A DNA stretch of 32,000 bases from assembly GCF_003945235.1 (NCBI RefSeq), contig NZ_RSDW01000001.1, forward strand, positions 2,490,001-2,522,000. The letters are read 5' to 3'. Below, piece by piece: positions 24,130 to 32,000 of this stretch (position 1 is the stretch's first letter; every line of letters begins with the position of its first letter). The stretch comes from Edaphobacter aggregans (GTDB lineage: Bacteria > Acidobacteriota > Terriglobia > Terriglobales > Acidobacteriaceae). The position numbers and the translations under genes were made by a program. The notes beneath the pieces were generated by a model. That model saw only the letters and a list, made by a program, of their open reading frames with translations. It was not told where the DNA came from and ran no database searches.

Positions 24130-25086
24130 ATGAACAAGCAATCGCCATGGTCAGCTTCGCTCCTCCGCCGTGATCTTAATGCGCGTGCTGAGCATCTGGC
24201 CGCTACCAACCAACTCCTCCACGAACAAACAACTAGTCAAAGCCCGAGCATTATCTTCGGACGCGATGACCAAGCCCGCCATGGCAACTTCCATCCCGCT
24301 AGCTATGCCGCCATCTGTGCCAACCCGGACTGGGCTCGCCGTCTCACCAAAGTCCATACCGCCCATCGTCGAGTCCGAGCACGCGCCGACTGGCCATGGA
24401 TGGAACTCGATTGTGCCAACAGCTCCGACGCCCTCCTGATGAACATCTTCTGCCACCCGCAAGTCTTCAACGGCAACACTTTCGCCACCCCTGTAGCCCA
24501 CCTGTTAGGAGTCGAACCCTCTGCCAAACCCAACTTCGGAATCCATCCCGGCGTTCCCCTTCTCAGCGGTCTCAAAGACCGCACAGAAATCGACCTTCAA
24601 CTCGACAATCTCTTCGTCGAAGCCAAACTGACCGAAACCAGTTTTCAAAACGCAAAACCCCGCCTCATCGAGCGCTACCGAGACCTCGAAACCGTCTTCG
24701 ATCTCGACCGTCTACCGCGCAAAATCCTTTACTCCCCCACGACCCCCCCACCTACAGAAGATTTCTCTCAAATCGAAGATCCTGCAGATCTGTCTGACCC
24801 ACCGCCATCGCCCATACTTGCATCGACGCCCTCGCGCACCATGATTCACGGCTACCAACTCATCCGCAACGCCCTCGCGACCTACGCCTCCGACGCATCC
24901 TTCTGCGTCCTCTGCGACGCTCGCCGCCACGACCTCATCGAAACCTGGTACGCCGTCCTCTCAGCCGTCCACCGCCCAACCTTCGCAGCGCGTCTAAAAC
25001 TCCTGACCTGGCAGGAACTAGCCATCACACTACCCCACGACCTCCAGCAATTCCTCGACACCAAATACGGCATCGTTGCTATCTGA
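24130..25086 (+). CDS. Hypothetical protein with a PD-(D/E)XK nuclease-like core motif
   Basis: The core EID(155)-x8-E(164)AK(166) in TEIDLQLDNLFVEAKLTE (nt 24592-24627) sits in alternating hydrophobic beta-strand-like context. No methyltransferase or partner gene is adjacent. Confidence 0.45.
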   Translation: MNKQSPWSASLLRRDLNARAEHLAATNQLLHEQTTSQSPSIIFGRDDQARHGNFHPASYAAICANPDWARRLTKVHTAHRRVRARADWPWMELDCANSSDALLMNIFCHPQVFNGNTFATPVAHLLGVEPSAKPNFGIHPGVPLLSGLKDRTEIDLQLDNLFVEAKLTETSFQNAKPRLIERYRDLETVFDLDRLPRKILYSPTTPPPTEDFSQIEDPADLSDPPPSPILASTPSRTMIHGYQLIRNALATYASDASFCVLCDARRHDLIETWYAVLSAVHRPTFAARLKLLTWQELAITLPHDLQQFLDTKYGIVAI

Positions 25087-25090
25087 ATCC

Positions 25091-26356
25091 TCACAAAGAA
25101 GTAGTCGGCGAGAGCCCCTTCAACTTAGGCTGCGGGCCGGGCATTTGCTTGTACGTATACATGCGAAGGTCGGCGATCCGCAGTAGCCTGGTCGCGTCCT
25201 GTGCATCATCCGGGTAAATTGAAATCCCCAGGCTTGCTGTAACACTCATCGCCTGCCCCTCAACCAGAATCGGCGTTTCAACGGCCCCGCGGATTGCATC
25301 GGCCAACCCCTCCACCGACTGTTTTTCGCTTAGTCCCGCAATCAGCGTAAATTCATCCCCACCGAGGCGCGCCAACGCGTCGAAGCCGCGGACGTTCTCG
25401 CGCAGGTTCTTCGAGACCTCGCACAACACCTGATCACCAGCATGATGCCCCAACGAATCGTTGATTTGTTTGAAGCCATTCAGATCCAGCATGAACACCG
25501 CAAGACTTCCGTTACTGCGGTGTGCCCGATCGAGAGCGCAGGCAAGCCCATCCTCAAACGAACGCCGGTTCGGCAACCCCGTCAACTCATCATGCAGCGC
25601 AAGCCAGCGGTTGCTTGAAACCTGCTCCTCCAGCATCACCAGAATCATGCCGATCGAAATCAGCGACTTCTGCATGTTCCAAACGTGCGAGGCGATATCG
25701 GCATAAGTGCGGTATTGCACAATAAGCGGATGCACCAGGAAGAAAGCCGCCCAGATAAAAAAACCCGTCAAAATAGCCAGCCGCCCCGTGCTCTTGCGCG
25801 GAAGCAGCTGCCGGAAGTTGAACCACGCAATCGAATACACGCAGCCGAGGCTCCAGTAAACCGCCTCGCGAAACTTGCCATTGTGGACCAGCAGACCCAC
25901 CGCAAACCAACCGCTGATCTGCACTACCGCTAGCCTCCAGCTTCGCCGCAAATAGAATGCAGTCACCCCGCTGATCATGACACCGGCAACAACGCATGGA
26001 AGAAAAGCTTCCGCCTTAAAAATATGCATGCCGTAGAGGGTGTTCATCGCCAGCAGCGGCAGCGCATTCAGCGAGAGGTAAAGCAATCGGTCTCGCAGAG
26101 AGCGTCGCTGATCGCCCGAGGCCCACACCCAGACCACACCCGCCAACAAGTAGCAGTTCATCACAATAACGTGGAGCACCTTGCTCGGCAAACCATTCGG
26201 AGCATAGAAGATGTGGGCCACCGCCTCCACAAAGGTGAAGAACAGACCCAGCAGCCACATGTTCACCTGCTCCTGCGGATGCCTCTGGCGCAGCACCAGC
26301 AGGATGACGATCAGAATCGTCAGCGCGAAGAGATCGGGAAGAAAGGCATAGTTCAT
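25091..26356 (-). CDS. Membrane-bound diguanylate cyclase (about 8 TM N-domain + GGDEF domain)
   Basis: I prefer ATG 26356 over the TTG at 26383. The GGDEF domain runs LHDELTGLPNRRSF...LDLNGFKQINDSLGHHAGD...RLGGDEFTLI. The RGFD I-site lies exactly 5 residues before GGDEF (nt 25349-25390). Confidence 0.85.
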   Translation of the reverse strand: MNYAFLPDLFALTILIVILLVLRQRHPQEQVNMWLLGLFFTFVEAVAHIFYAPNGLPSKVLHVIVMNCYLLAGVVWVWASGDQRRSLRDRLLYLSLNALPLLAMNTLYGMHIFKAEAFLPCVVAGVMISGVTAFYLRRSWRLAVVQISGWFAVGLLVHNGKFREAVYWSLGCVYSIAWFNFRQLLPRKSTGRLAILTGFFIWAAFFLVHPLIVQYRTYADIASHVWNMQKSLISIGMILVMLEEQVSSNRWLALHDELTGLPNRRSFEDGLACALDRAHRSNGSLAVFMLDLNGFKQINDSLGHHAGDQVLCEVSKNLRENVRGFDALARLGGDEFTLIAGLSEKQSVEGLADAIRGAVETPILVEGQAMSVTASLGISIYPDDAQDATRLLRIADLRMYTYKQMPGPQPKLKGLSPTTSL

Positions 26357-26434
26357 CAAAGCTGTCTTTACCCTGGGAAGCAATATTCTACAGAGCTACA
26401 GCAAATCATCCTGCCAATTCATTTACAGAAAATT

Positions 26435-26863
26435 CTATGCACCTGGTCCATGCGCAGGTTTTCCTTCCTGCACATAATTCCGATTCCACTTCGGAATCTC
26501 AACAACATACGTCCCCGGCTTCTCAATCACCGCCTGGCAGCCCAGCCGCGAATTCAGCTGGATATCCGCCGCCGTCTCCATCCGGTCCAATTCTTTGTCT
26601 TCCGCCTCGCTGATACCCTGCGCGCCCTCCTTTACCCAGATATGACAGGTGGTGCAAGCGCAAACTCCACCGCAGGCATGATCCAGAAAGATATCGAAGT
26701 TCTCGGCCACATCAAGAAACGACATCGGCTCGCCATGACCCTCATAAGGCAGCGAGTCAAACGGAAACTCCACAGTCTTTCCTTGAGGCTCGAACGTCAC
26801 TCGAACCATTCCCTCGCCCGCAGGCTTCGACAAATCTACTTCCATACTCTTTTCGTCACTCAT
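26435..26863 (-). CDS. fdx: ISC-type [2Fe-2S] ferredoxin
   Basis: The Cys ligand pattern HACGGVCACTTCH ... LGCQ and EIPKWNRN match ISC Fdx (remembered E. coli HACEKSCACTTCH ... LSCQ ... EIPRYT). It starts 3 nt after the hscA stop. Confidence 0.85.
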   Translation of the reverse strand: MSDEKSMEVDLSKPAGEGMVRVTFEPQGKTVEFPFDSLPYEGHGEPMSFLDVAENFDIFLDHACGGVCACTTCHIWVKEGAQGISEAEDKELDRMETAADIQLNSRLGCQAVIEKPGTYVVEIPKWNRNYVQEGKPAHGPGA

Positions 26864-26866
26864 ATC

Positions 26867-28861
26867 TCAATCTTCCGTCGACTCTCCGGCCGTAGCCTCA
26901 TCCTTCACTGAATCTTCAATCTTCTCCGCCTCGGCATCACTGCTCAAAACCTGGGCCTTCGCGAACGGGTGCGGCGCTTTAACGCCTTCTCCTATGCTCT
27001 CACCTGCGGCCTCCATCGTCTTGCCTTTGATGGCGCCCGAGACGGCCGAATCCATCATCAACTCCGCAAACCGCCGTGTCGACTGATCCAGAGCCTCAAT
27101 CGACTGCCGGATAGCCTTGTAATCGTTCCCCTTCGTCGCTGCCTTCAACTGCGATACACCCTGATCGATCTTCTCAATCTCATCAGACGAGAGCATCTGC
27201 CACGCAGCATGGCTCCGCCCCTTCTCCACCGCAGTCAGAATCGTATCGGCCTCGTTCTTCGCCTCGATCACTTGCCGCTCGCGAATGTCCTCCTCGGCAT
27301 AGTCGAACGAGGCGAGAATCATCGACTCCACCTGCTCATCCGTCAGCCCATACGTCGGCTTCACCTCAACCTCAGCTTCTTTCCCACTGCGCTGCTCCCG
27401 GGCACTCACATGCAGAATCCCGTTCGCATCGATCAAAAACTTCACCTCGATACGCGGCAGCCCAGCCATCATCGGCGGAATCCCCTTCAGATCAAACCGA
27501 GCCAGCGACCGGCAATCCTTAGCCAGTTCCCGCTCGCCCTGGACCACATGGATAGCCACATTCGCCTGCCCATCCACGCCCGTCGTGAAGTGCTCCGTTG
27601 CGCTGGCAGGAATCGTCGAATTCCGCTGAATGATCTTCGCTACCACCCCGCCGAGCGCCTCAATCCCCAGCGACAGCGGAGTCACATCCAGCAGCAGCAG
27701 ATCCTCCGTAGCCGCCGATCCACCAGCAAGAATCTGCGCCTGCACCGCAGCCCCCAGAGCAACCACCTCGTCCGGGTTCAACTCCGTATGCGGCTTCTTT
27801 CCTCGCGCACTCAACCCAAACAGATCATCGACCAGCTGCCGGACAGCCGGAATCCGCGTCGATCCGCCAACCAGCACCACCTCATCGATGGCCGCAGTCT
27901 CCAATCCCGCATCCTTCAAAGCCTGCCTGCAAGGTCCGGCCGTCCGAGCAATTACCCCGGCAGTCAACTCTTCAAACTGCGCCCTTGAAATCTCCCGAAG
28001 ATACCTCTTCCCACTAGGCAGCAACACATCCAGCGTCGCCGCATCCGCTGTCGAAAGCAGAATCTTCGCCTCAATCACCGCCTTGCGAATCGCCTGCACC
28101 GCCTCGCCATTTTCGCGAACATCCTCGCCCAGATCGCCCGCAATATCGTCCAGCGCAATCGCAATCAGCAAATTGTCGATATCATCCCCGCCCAGGTGCG
28201 TATCCCCGCCCGTAGCGATCACCTCAAATATCCCCTCATGCAGCTTCAGGATCGAGATATCGAACGTCCCGCCCCCAAAGTCATAGACCGCGATCAACCC
28301 ATCGCGATTCTTATCCAGCCCATAGGCCAACGCTGCCGCGGTAGGCTCATTCACCAGCCGCAGAACCTCCAGACCGGCAATCCGCCCGGCATCCTTCGTA
28401 GCCTGCCTCTGAGCGTCGTTGAAGTAAGCCGGGACCGTGATCACCGCCTTCGTCACGGGGGCGCCGAAAAACCTCTCCGCATTCTTCTTCAACTGCATCA
28501 ATACATAGGCCGATATCTCCGGCGGCGTGAGCATCAACCCACCCACGCTAACCTTCAACACCTCACCCGGCTGCAATCCCTCCGCGAGTTTGAACGGAAA
28601 CAGCTTCAGCTCTTCCTGCACATCCGCAACGTCACGCCCCATCAAACGCTTGGCCGAATAAACGGCGCTCGCCGCATCCGACATCAGCGTCCCACGCGCA
28701 GCATTTCCCACAACTACACCATCATCGGTCCACGCCACAACCGACGGAACCAGCCGTTCTCCATCCTCACCGGGGATCACCGTCGGCGTATCTCCTTGCA
28801 TATAAGCAACAAGGGAGTTCGTCGTCCCCAAATCAATCCCTACAACCCTCTCATCCGCCAT
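26867..28861 (-). CDS. hscA: Fe-S protein assembly chaperone HscA (Hsp70 family)
   Basis: I prefer ATG 28861 over the TTG at 28870. Hsp70 signatures GIDLGTTNS, DFGGGTFDIS and LVGGSTRIP are present. The fdx neighbourhood supports HscA rather than DnaK. The acidic C-terminal extension is unusual. Confidence 0.85.
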   Translation of the reverse strand: MADERVVGIDLGTTNSLVAYMQGDTPTVIPGEDGERLVPSVVAWTDDGVVVGNAARGTLMSDAASAVYSAKRLMGRDVADVQEELKLFPFKLAEGLQPGEVLKVSVGGLMLTPPEISAYVLMQLKKNAERFFGAPVTKAVITVPAYFNDAQRQATKDAGRIAGLEVLRLVNEPTAAALAYGLDKNRDGLIAVYDFGGGTFDISILKLHEGIFEVIATGGDTHLGGDDIDNLLIAIALDDIAGDLGEDVRENGEAVQAIRKAVIEAKILLSTADAATLDVLLPSGKRYLREISRAQFEELTAGVIARTAGPCRQALKDAGLETAAIDEVVLVGGSTRIPAVRQLVDDLFGLSARGKKPHTELNPDEVVALGAAVQAQILAGGSAATEDLLLLDVTPLSLGIEALGGVVAKIIQRNSTIPASATEHFTTGVDGQANVAIHVVQGERELAKDCRSLARFDLKGIPPMMAGLPRIEVKFLIDANGILHVSAREQRSGKEAEVEVKPTYGLTDEQVESMILASFDYAEEDIRERQVIEAKNEADTILTAVEKGRSHAAWQMLSSDEIEKIDQGVSQLKAATKGNDYKAIRQSIEALDQSTRRFAELMMDSAVSGAIKGKTMEAAGESIGEGVKAPHPFAKAQVLSSDAEAEKIEDSVKDEATAGESTED

Positions 28862-28969
28862 CGTTTCCAATCCTCTGTTCGTCGTATCTCTATTGTCCTA
28901 CAATCGCCTGAAGGCTGGGCACAGAGCCATCAGCCCATGCTTCTGATGTCTCGCAAACGAGGCCGATGC

Positions 28970-29791
28970 ATGCTTTATCTCGAGCGCCGCCCACATCCCG
29001 CCCTCACCCCCTACATCAAGTCATTCTGGTACGCCCGCGACCCTCACGCCATCCACCGCTACGAGCGCGTCCTCCCATCCGGCCACGCCCAGGTCGTCAT
29101 CAGCCTCGCCCGCGACTACCTTACAGACGCCAACCACCCCATCGACCCCCTTCAGCACTCACCCGCCGCTCTCCTCCTCGGCATCTACTCCCACCACCAG
29201 CAGATCGACCTCATCGATCTCACCGAGCTCATCGGCGTCCTCTTCCATCCCGGCGGAACCCTACCTTTCTTCCCCGCCGACACCCACATCTTCACCGACC
29301 GCGAAACCTCTCTCGAAGAGATCTGGGGCATCGCGTCTGAAAGTCTGCGAGACGACTTACGCGAAGCCCCCACTCCCGCGCAGAAATTCGCGCTGCTCGA
29401 TTCAGCCCTGCTCCTCCGCCTCAATCAAAGCAAAACTCTGCACCGTTCACCAGTGATCGACTTCGCGCTCACTCACCTCCACCGCTCTCCGGGCACCACC
29501 ACCGTCGCCGAACTCACCCGTCAGATCGGCATCAGTCCCCGCCGCCTCTCGCAACTCTTCCGCGAACAAGTCGGAGTTTCCCCCAAGCTCTACTGCCGCA
29601 TCCAGCGCTTCCAGCAAGCCGTACGGGCAATGCACCATGGCGCAGACATCCCCTGGGCCGAGCTGGCGCTCACCTGCGGCTACTACGACCAGTCTCACTT
29701 CGCTAACGATTTTCGCGCCTTCTCTGGTCTAAGCCCAACCACCTATACCGCCACCCACCGACGCTGGGGCAACCACATCCCTCTCGATTGA
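28970..29791 (+). CDS. AraC-family transcriptional regulator
   Basis: Only the 3' part of ORF 28196..29791 is credible, because the rest is antisense to hscA. The start is ATG 28970 (MLYLERRPHPALTPYIKSFWY). The C-terminal dual HTH is VAELTRQIGISPRRLSQLFREQVGVSPK ... LALTCGYYDQSHFANDFRAFSGLSPTTY. Confidence 0.8.
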   Translation: MLYLERRPHPALTPYIKSFWYARDPHAIHRYERVLPSGHAQVVISLARDYLTDANHPIDPLQHSPAALLLGIYSHHQQIDLIDLTELIGVLFHPGGTLPFFPADTHIFTDRETSLEEIWGIASESLRDDLREAPTPAQKFALLDSALLLRLNQSKTLHRSPVIDFALTHLHRSPGTTTVAELTRQIGISPRRLSQLFREQVGVSPKLYCRIQRFQQAVRAMHHGADIPWAELALTCGYYDQSHFANDFRAFSGLSPTTYTATHRRWGNHIPLD

Positions 29792-29928
29792 GGCCGCAAC
29801 GCACTAGTGACCGTTCTCCGTGCTGCGAATGAACTCGGCATTCATAGGCGTAACAAAAACAGAAAAGTCGGGACCTACTTCCGTTTTTTCCAAGACCAAT
29901 CCATGACGCCGGGTGCATCCTTTCCATC

Positions 29929-30366
29929 ATGAGCGACAAACCGAAATCCTGCACCTCCACCGTCATCCCCAGCCTCCGCTACCGAGACGCCCCCGCCGCC
30001 ATCGACTGGCTCGTCCGCGCCTTCGGCTTCACCAAGAACTCCGTCTACATGGGCCCCCACAACACCGTCGTCCACGCCCAACTCACCTTCGGTAATGGCA
30101 TGATCATGCTCGGCTCCGTCGACAATGGCAGCGAGTACGGCAAGCTCATGGCCCAACCTGACGAGATCGGCATGCGCGAAACTAAGGGCATCTACCTCGT
30201 GGTCAACGACGCCGACGCCACCCACGCCACCGCCAAAGCTGCTGGTGCAGAGATGGTCCTCGATATCCGCGATATGGACTACGGTGGACGAGCCTTCACC
30301 TGCCGCGACCTCGAAGGCCACCTCTGGAACATCGGAACCTACGATCCCTGGGAACCAGCGTCCTAG
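29929..30366 (+). CDS. VOC (glyoxalase/bleomycin-resistance) family protein
   Basis: VIPSLRYRDAPAAIDWLVRAFGF ... DMDYGGRAFTCRDLEGHLWNIGTYDPW is typical of the ~140-aa VOC family. Confidence 0.75.
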   Translation: MSDKPKSCTSTVIPSLRYRDAPAAIDWLVRAFGFTKNSVYMGPHNTVVHAQLTFGNGMIMLGSVDNGSEYGKLMAQPDEIGMRETKGIYLVVNDADATHATAKAAGAEMVLDIRDMDYGGRAFTCRDLEGHLWNIGTYDPWEPAS

Positions 30367-30381
30367 CTCCGAGCACGCGGA

Positions 30382-30855
30382 TTAGTATTCCAGGTTGTAA
30401 GGAGCCGGATACGTCAACGTCCCGTTCGACTTCTCGTACCACATGAACAGCTTCTTCGGGCTATCGTTCACCCGCGCCGCAACAATGACTCCCGTACCAG
30501 TCCTCTTCGAGATATCGACATGGTGCGACTTGATCGGCCCCCAGTCGCTCTCCGTCGTCCAATCCTCGGTAAACCGCTTCAACGTGTAGTCATACTTTTG
30601 CGGATGCTGCTTCCAGTCAGGATCGTTCATCCAGATAGCGTAGGCCTTATCGTAATCCTTCGCCTCAAGCGCCGTCAGAAACTGATCCACGCGGTGTTCC
30701 GCAGGCAGCGTCGAGAAGAACCATCCATGCCCCAGCAGAAAACCTCCCACCCCAATCACCGCCGTCAGCAGCACCAGCACTCCAGCGCCAATCAGCACAT
30801 TGCGCTTCGTGTTCTCCTTGCGCTTGTCATACTGCGGCGCATTCAGCAAAGTCAT
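30382..30855 (-). CDS. Membrane-anchored hypothetical protein
   Basis: It has a single N-terminal TM helix (VLIGAGVLVLLTAVIGVGGFLLG) and a ~110-aa soluble domain. I do not recognise the family. Confidence 0.55.
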   Translation of the reverse strand: MTLLNAPQYDKRKENTKRNVLIGAGVLVLLTAVIGVGGFLLGHGWFFSTLPAEHRVDQFLTALEAKDYDKAYAIWMNDPDWKQHPQKYDYTLKRFTEDWTTESDWGPIKSHHVDISKRTGTGVIVAARVNDSPKKLFMWYEKSNGTLTYPAPYNLEY

Positions 30856-30919
30856 CGCTTATCCCTCAAAACTCTCGAACTATATTAGACGCAGTTTTTG
30901 TCTCGCGCGGATACGTCCT

Positions 30920-31423
30920 TCAACCTATCCCTGGCTCAACCCACCCCTTCATCGCCCGCAGGTGATGCTGCATATGCGCCACATAATCCTCAATCAGAAA
31001 CCCGAGCGTAATCGGCGATCCCGCAACCTCGCCACGATGCGCCAGGGTGCTCTTCTCCAGATGTGCAATCGTCCACACAACATGCTCATTCAGAGCGAAC
31101 CACAGCCCCAGCACCTCGGCCCAATCGCGTTCGGCATAATGCTGCGCTCGAACCCACTCCATCTGGTCGTATCCCGGCAGATATTGATCCGGATCGCGCT
31201 GCATCCGCACAATGCGCCCCAGATTATTCACCGCCGAATCCGTCAGGTGTCCCACCACCTGCTTCACTGACCACTGGCCCTCGTTCTCCGATTGGCTCGC
31301 ATCTTCCTCCGACAGCGTAGCCAGCCACGGCATCGCCCCGCGCACTACCCTCGCCAGCCGCTCACTCAACTCCACCGGCTCAAGCCACAGCGGATCAGTT
31401 CCCTGTGTATATGTCACGCCCAT
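30920..31423 (-). CDS. DinB-family (DinB_2-like) metal-dependent protein
   Basis: The His triad context WSVKQVVGHLTDS ... IEDYVAHMQHHLRAM and a four-helix-bundle-sized protein (167 aa) fit the family. The ATG overlaps the yraN 3' end by 10 nt. Confidence 0.7.
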   Translation of the reverse strand: MGVTYTQGTDPLWLEPVELSERLARVVRGAMPWLATLSEEDASQSENEGQWSVKQVVGHLTDSAVNNLGRIVRMQRDPDQYLPGYDQMEWVRAQHYAERDWAEVLGLWFALNEHVVWTIAHLEKSTLAHRGEVAGSPITLGFLIEDYVAHMQHHLRAMKGWVEPGIG

Positions 31424-31872
31424 CCAAACGCCCCCTTGTACACCTCAAACTCAGCCCCCGATTCCTGCAAGTATACCGAGACCACATCAAACCGTACCGG
31501 CACCTCTTCCTGCAACTCCTTAGGAAATCCCCACAGATAAGCTCGCGCCATCCTCCGCAGCATCCGTTGTTTGTCGTGATCCACGGCAACCTCGGCCGCA
31601 GCCGTATCTCGCCCCGTCCGCGTCTTAACCTCCACAAAGCACAACCACTCCCCATCCCACCCAATTAAATCCACATCGCCCCGCAGCTTCCCACTCGTCC
31701 ACCGCTGCGCCACCACCGTATAGCCCATCTTCCGCAGATGGAACAGCGCCTCCCGCTCTCCTCGCGCCCCTATCACTAAATTCCGGGGCTCCTGCACGCC
31801 TCGCCCAAGCCGCTCCGCCAGAGCATCCAGCCCGCGCAGCATCCTAGCCTGTAAATTGATCCACCCATTCAT
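31414..31872 (-). CDS. YraN-family (UPF0102) endonuclease-like protein
   Basis: GARGEREALFHLRKMGYTVVAQRW...GDVDLIGWDGEWLCFVEVKTR is the YraN PD-(D/E)XK core (D..EVK). I trimmed the ORF to ATG 31872 because the region upstream is occupied by the 3' end of another gene. ATG 31842 is also possible. Confidence 0.75.
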   Translation of the reverse strand: MNGWINLQARMLRGLDALAERLGRGVQEPRNLVIGARGEREALFHLRKMGYTVVAQRWTSGKLRGDVDLIGWDGEWLCFVEVKTRTGRDTAAAEVAVDHDKQRMLRRMARAYLWGFPKELQEEVPVRFDVVSVYLQESGAEFEVYKGAFGWA

Positions 31873-31892
31873 GTCAGCAGCATATCCCAGCC

Positions 31893-32000
31893 TCAGAGCA
31901 CTACATGGCTCCGTGCATCTCGAGGAGCCGTCCCATACAACCGCCCCCACGCCCTCCGCAACTGCCGCGTCGACCCAAATCCCGCCCGTTCTGCCACCTG
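31893..32000 (-). CDS. C-terminal fragment of an AraC/GlxA-type HTH regulator (gene runs off the right edge)
   Basis: The reverse-strand reading from 32000 gives QVAERAGFGSTRQLRRAWGRLYGTAPRDARSHVVL, with TGA at 31895-31893. The pattern (GF.S...L.R.F....G..P...R) is the second AraC HTH. Confidence 0.55.
   Translation of the reverse strand, partial: QVAERAGFGSTRQLRRAWGRLYGTAPRDARSHVVL

Noticed and set aside
24130-26356. Reading the GGDEF cyclase + PD-(D/E)XK-like protein as a CBASS-like cyclic-nucleotide synthase/nuclease-effector defence pair.
   Set aside because: The genes are convergent and so not one operon. The cyclase is a canonical GGDEF with an RxxD I-site and a large TM sensor domain, like housekeeping diguanylate cyclases. 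The nuclease-like protein shows no recognisable nucleotide-sensing domain. This is attractive speculation but not supportable from sequence alone.
28892-28904. The palindrome ATTGT-CCT-ACAAT between hscA and the divergent AraC gene, as a possible IscR operator.
   Set aside because: It does not resemble either IscR site type as I remember them. It is short (5-bp arms) and overlaps a plausible TACAAT -10 hexamer for the AraC gene, which explains it more simply.
26969-28969. Long plus-strand ORFs (339 aa, 218 aa, and the first ~258 codons of the 531-aa ORF) lie opposite hscA.
   Set aside because: They are Arg/Pro/Ser-rich, low-complexity translations antisense to a clear Hsp70 gene. Only the segment from ATG 28970 has real AraC-family sequence.
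1-32000. I searched the whole window for CRISPR arrays, tRNA/rRNA genes, IS elements with terminal inverted repeats, integrases and phage genes.
   Set aside because: I found no regularly spaced repeats, no tRNA-like GTTCGAATC/T-loop context in any intergenic gap, and no transposase, recombinase or reverse-transcriptase-like ORF. Intergenic gaps are short (mostly under 200 bp).

Overview
This 32-kb window is GC-rich (roughly 58-60% by eye) and densely coded. It looks like ordinary bacterial chromosome. The gene content points to a soil Acidobacteriota (Terriglobia-like) genome: a PEP-CTERM protein, a Pro/Gln-rich TonB-like protein, a WXXGXW-repeat protein and many exported hypotheticals. That taxon call is inference only. 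I support about 40 protein genes.

From left to right:
- a secreted multidomain polysaccharide-lyase-like protein and a PEP-CTERM protein
- a terminator-insulated RHH + SRPBCC pair
- a His-tailed WXXGXW protein
- mog and a DedA/VTT gene
- a TonB-like gene, miaA, and a fluoride riboswitch with crcB
- a glycine-zipper lipoprotein
- kbl
- the pyrR-pyrB-pyrC operon
- a Tat-exported oxalate-decarboxylase-like bicupin
- a zinc-ribbon membrane protein and a lipoprotein, divergent from a MerR regulator
- a LysR regulator with a YeiH-family transporter and a perfect T-N11-A palindrome between them
- murJ
- an hscA-fdx ... iscX chaperone cluster
- AraC, VOC, DinB and YraN genes

I found no tRNA, rRNA, CRISPR array, transposase, integrase or phage gene. 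I cannot demonstrate a clear novel multi-gene system. The best candidate is a ~2.4-kb two-gene insert that splits fdx from iscX. It carries a polytopic GGDEF cyclase with intact A- and I-sites and an orphan PD-(D/E)XK-like protein.

Other points worth a second look:
- the unannotated fluoride riboswitch with an apparent SD-sequestering platform
- a probably leaderless RHH-SRPBCC module
- a 53-codon membrane ORF coupled to miaA
- several intergenic repeats and palindromes

All homology statements come from motif recognition by eye and memory of family sequences. No searches were run.
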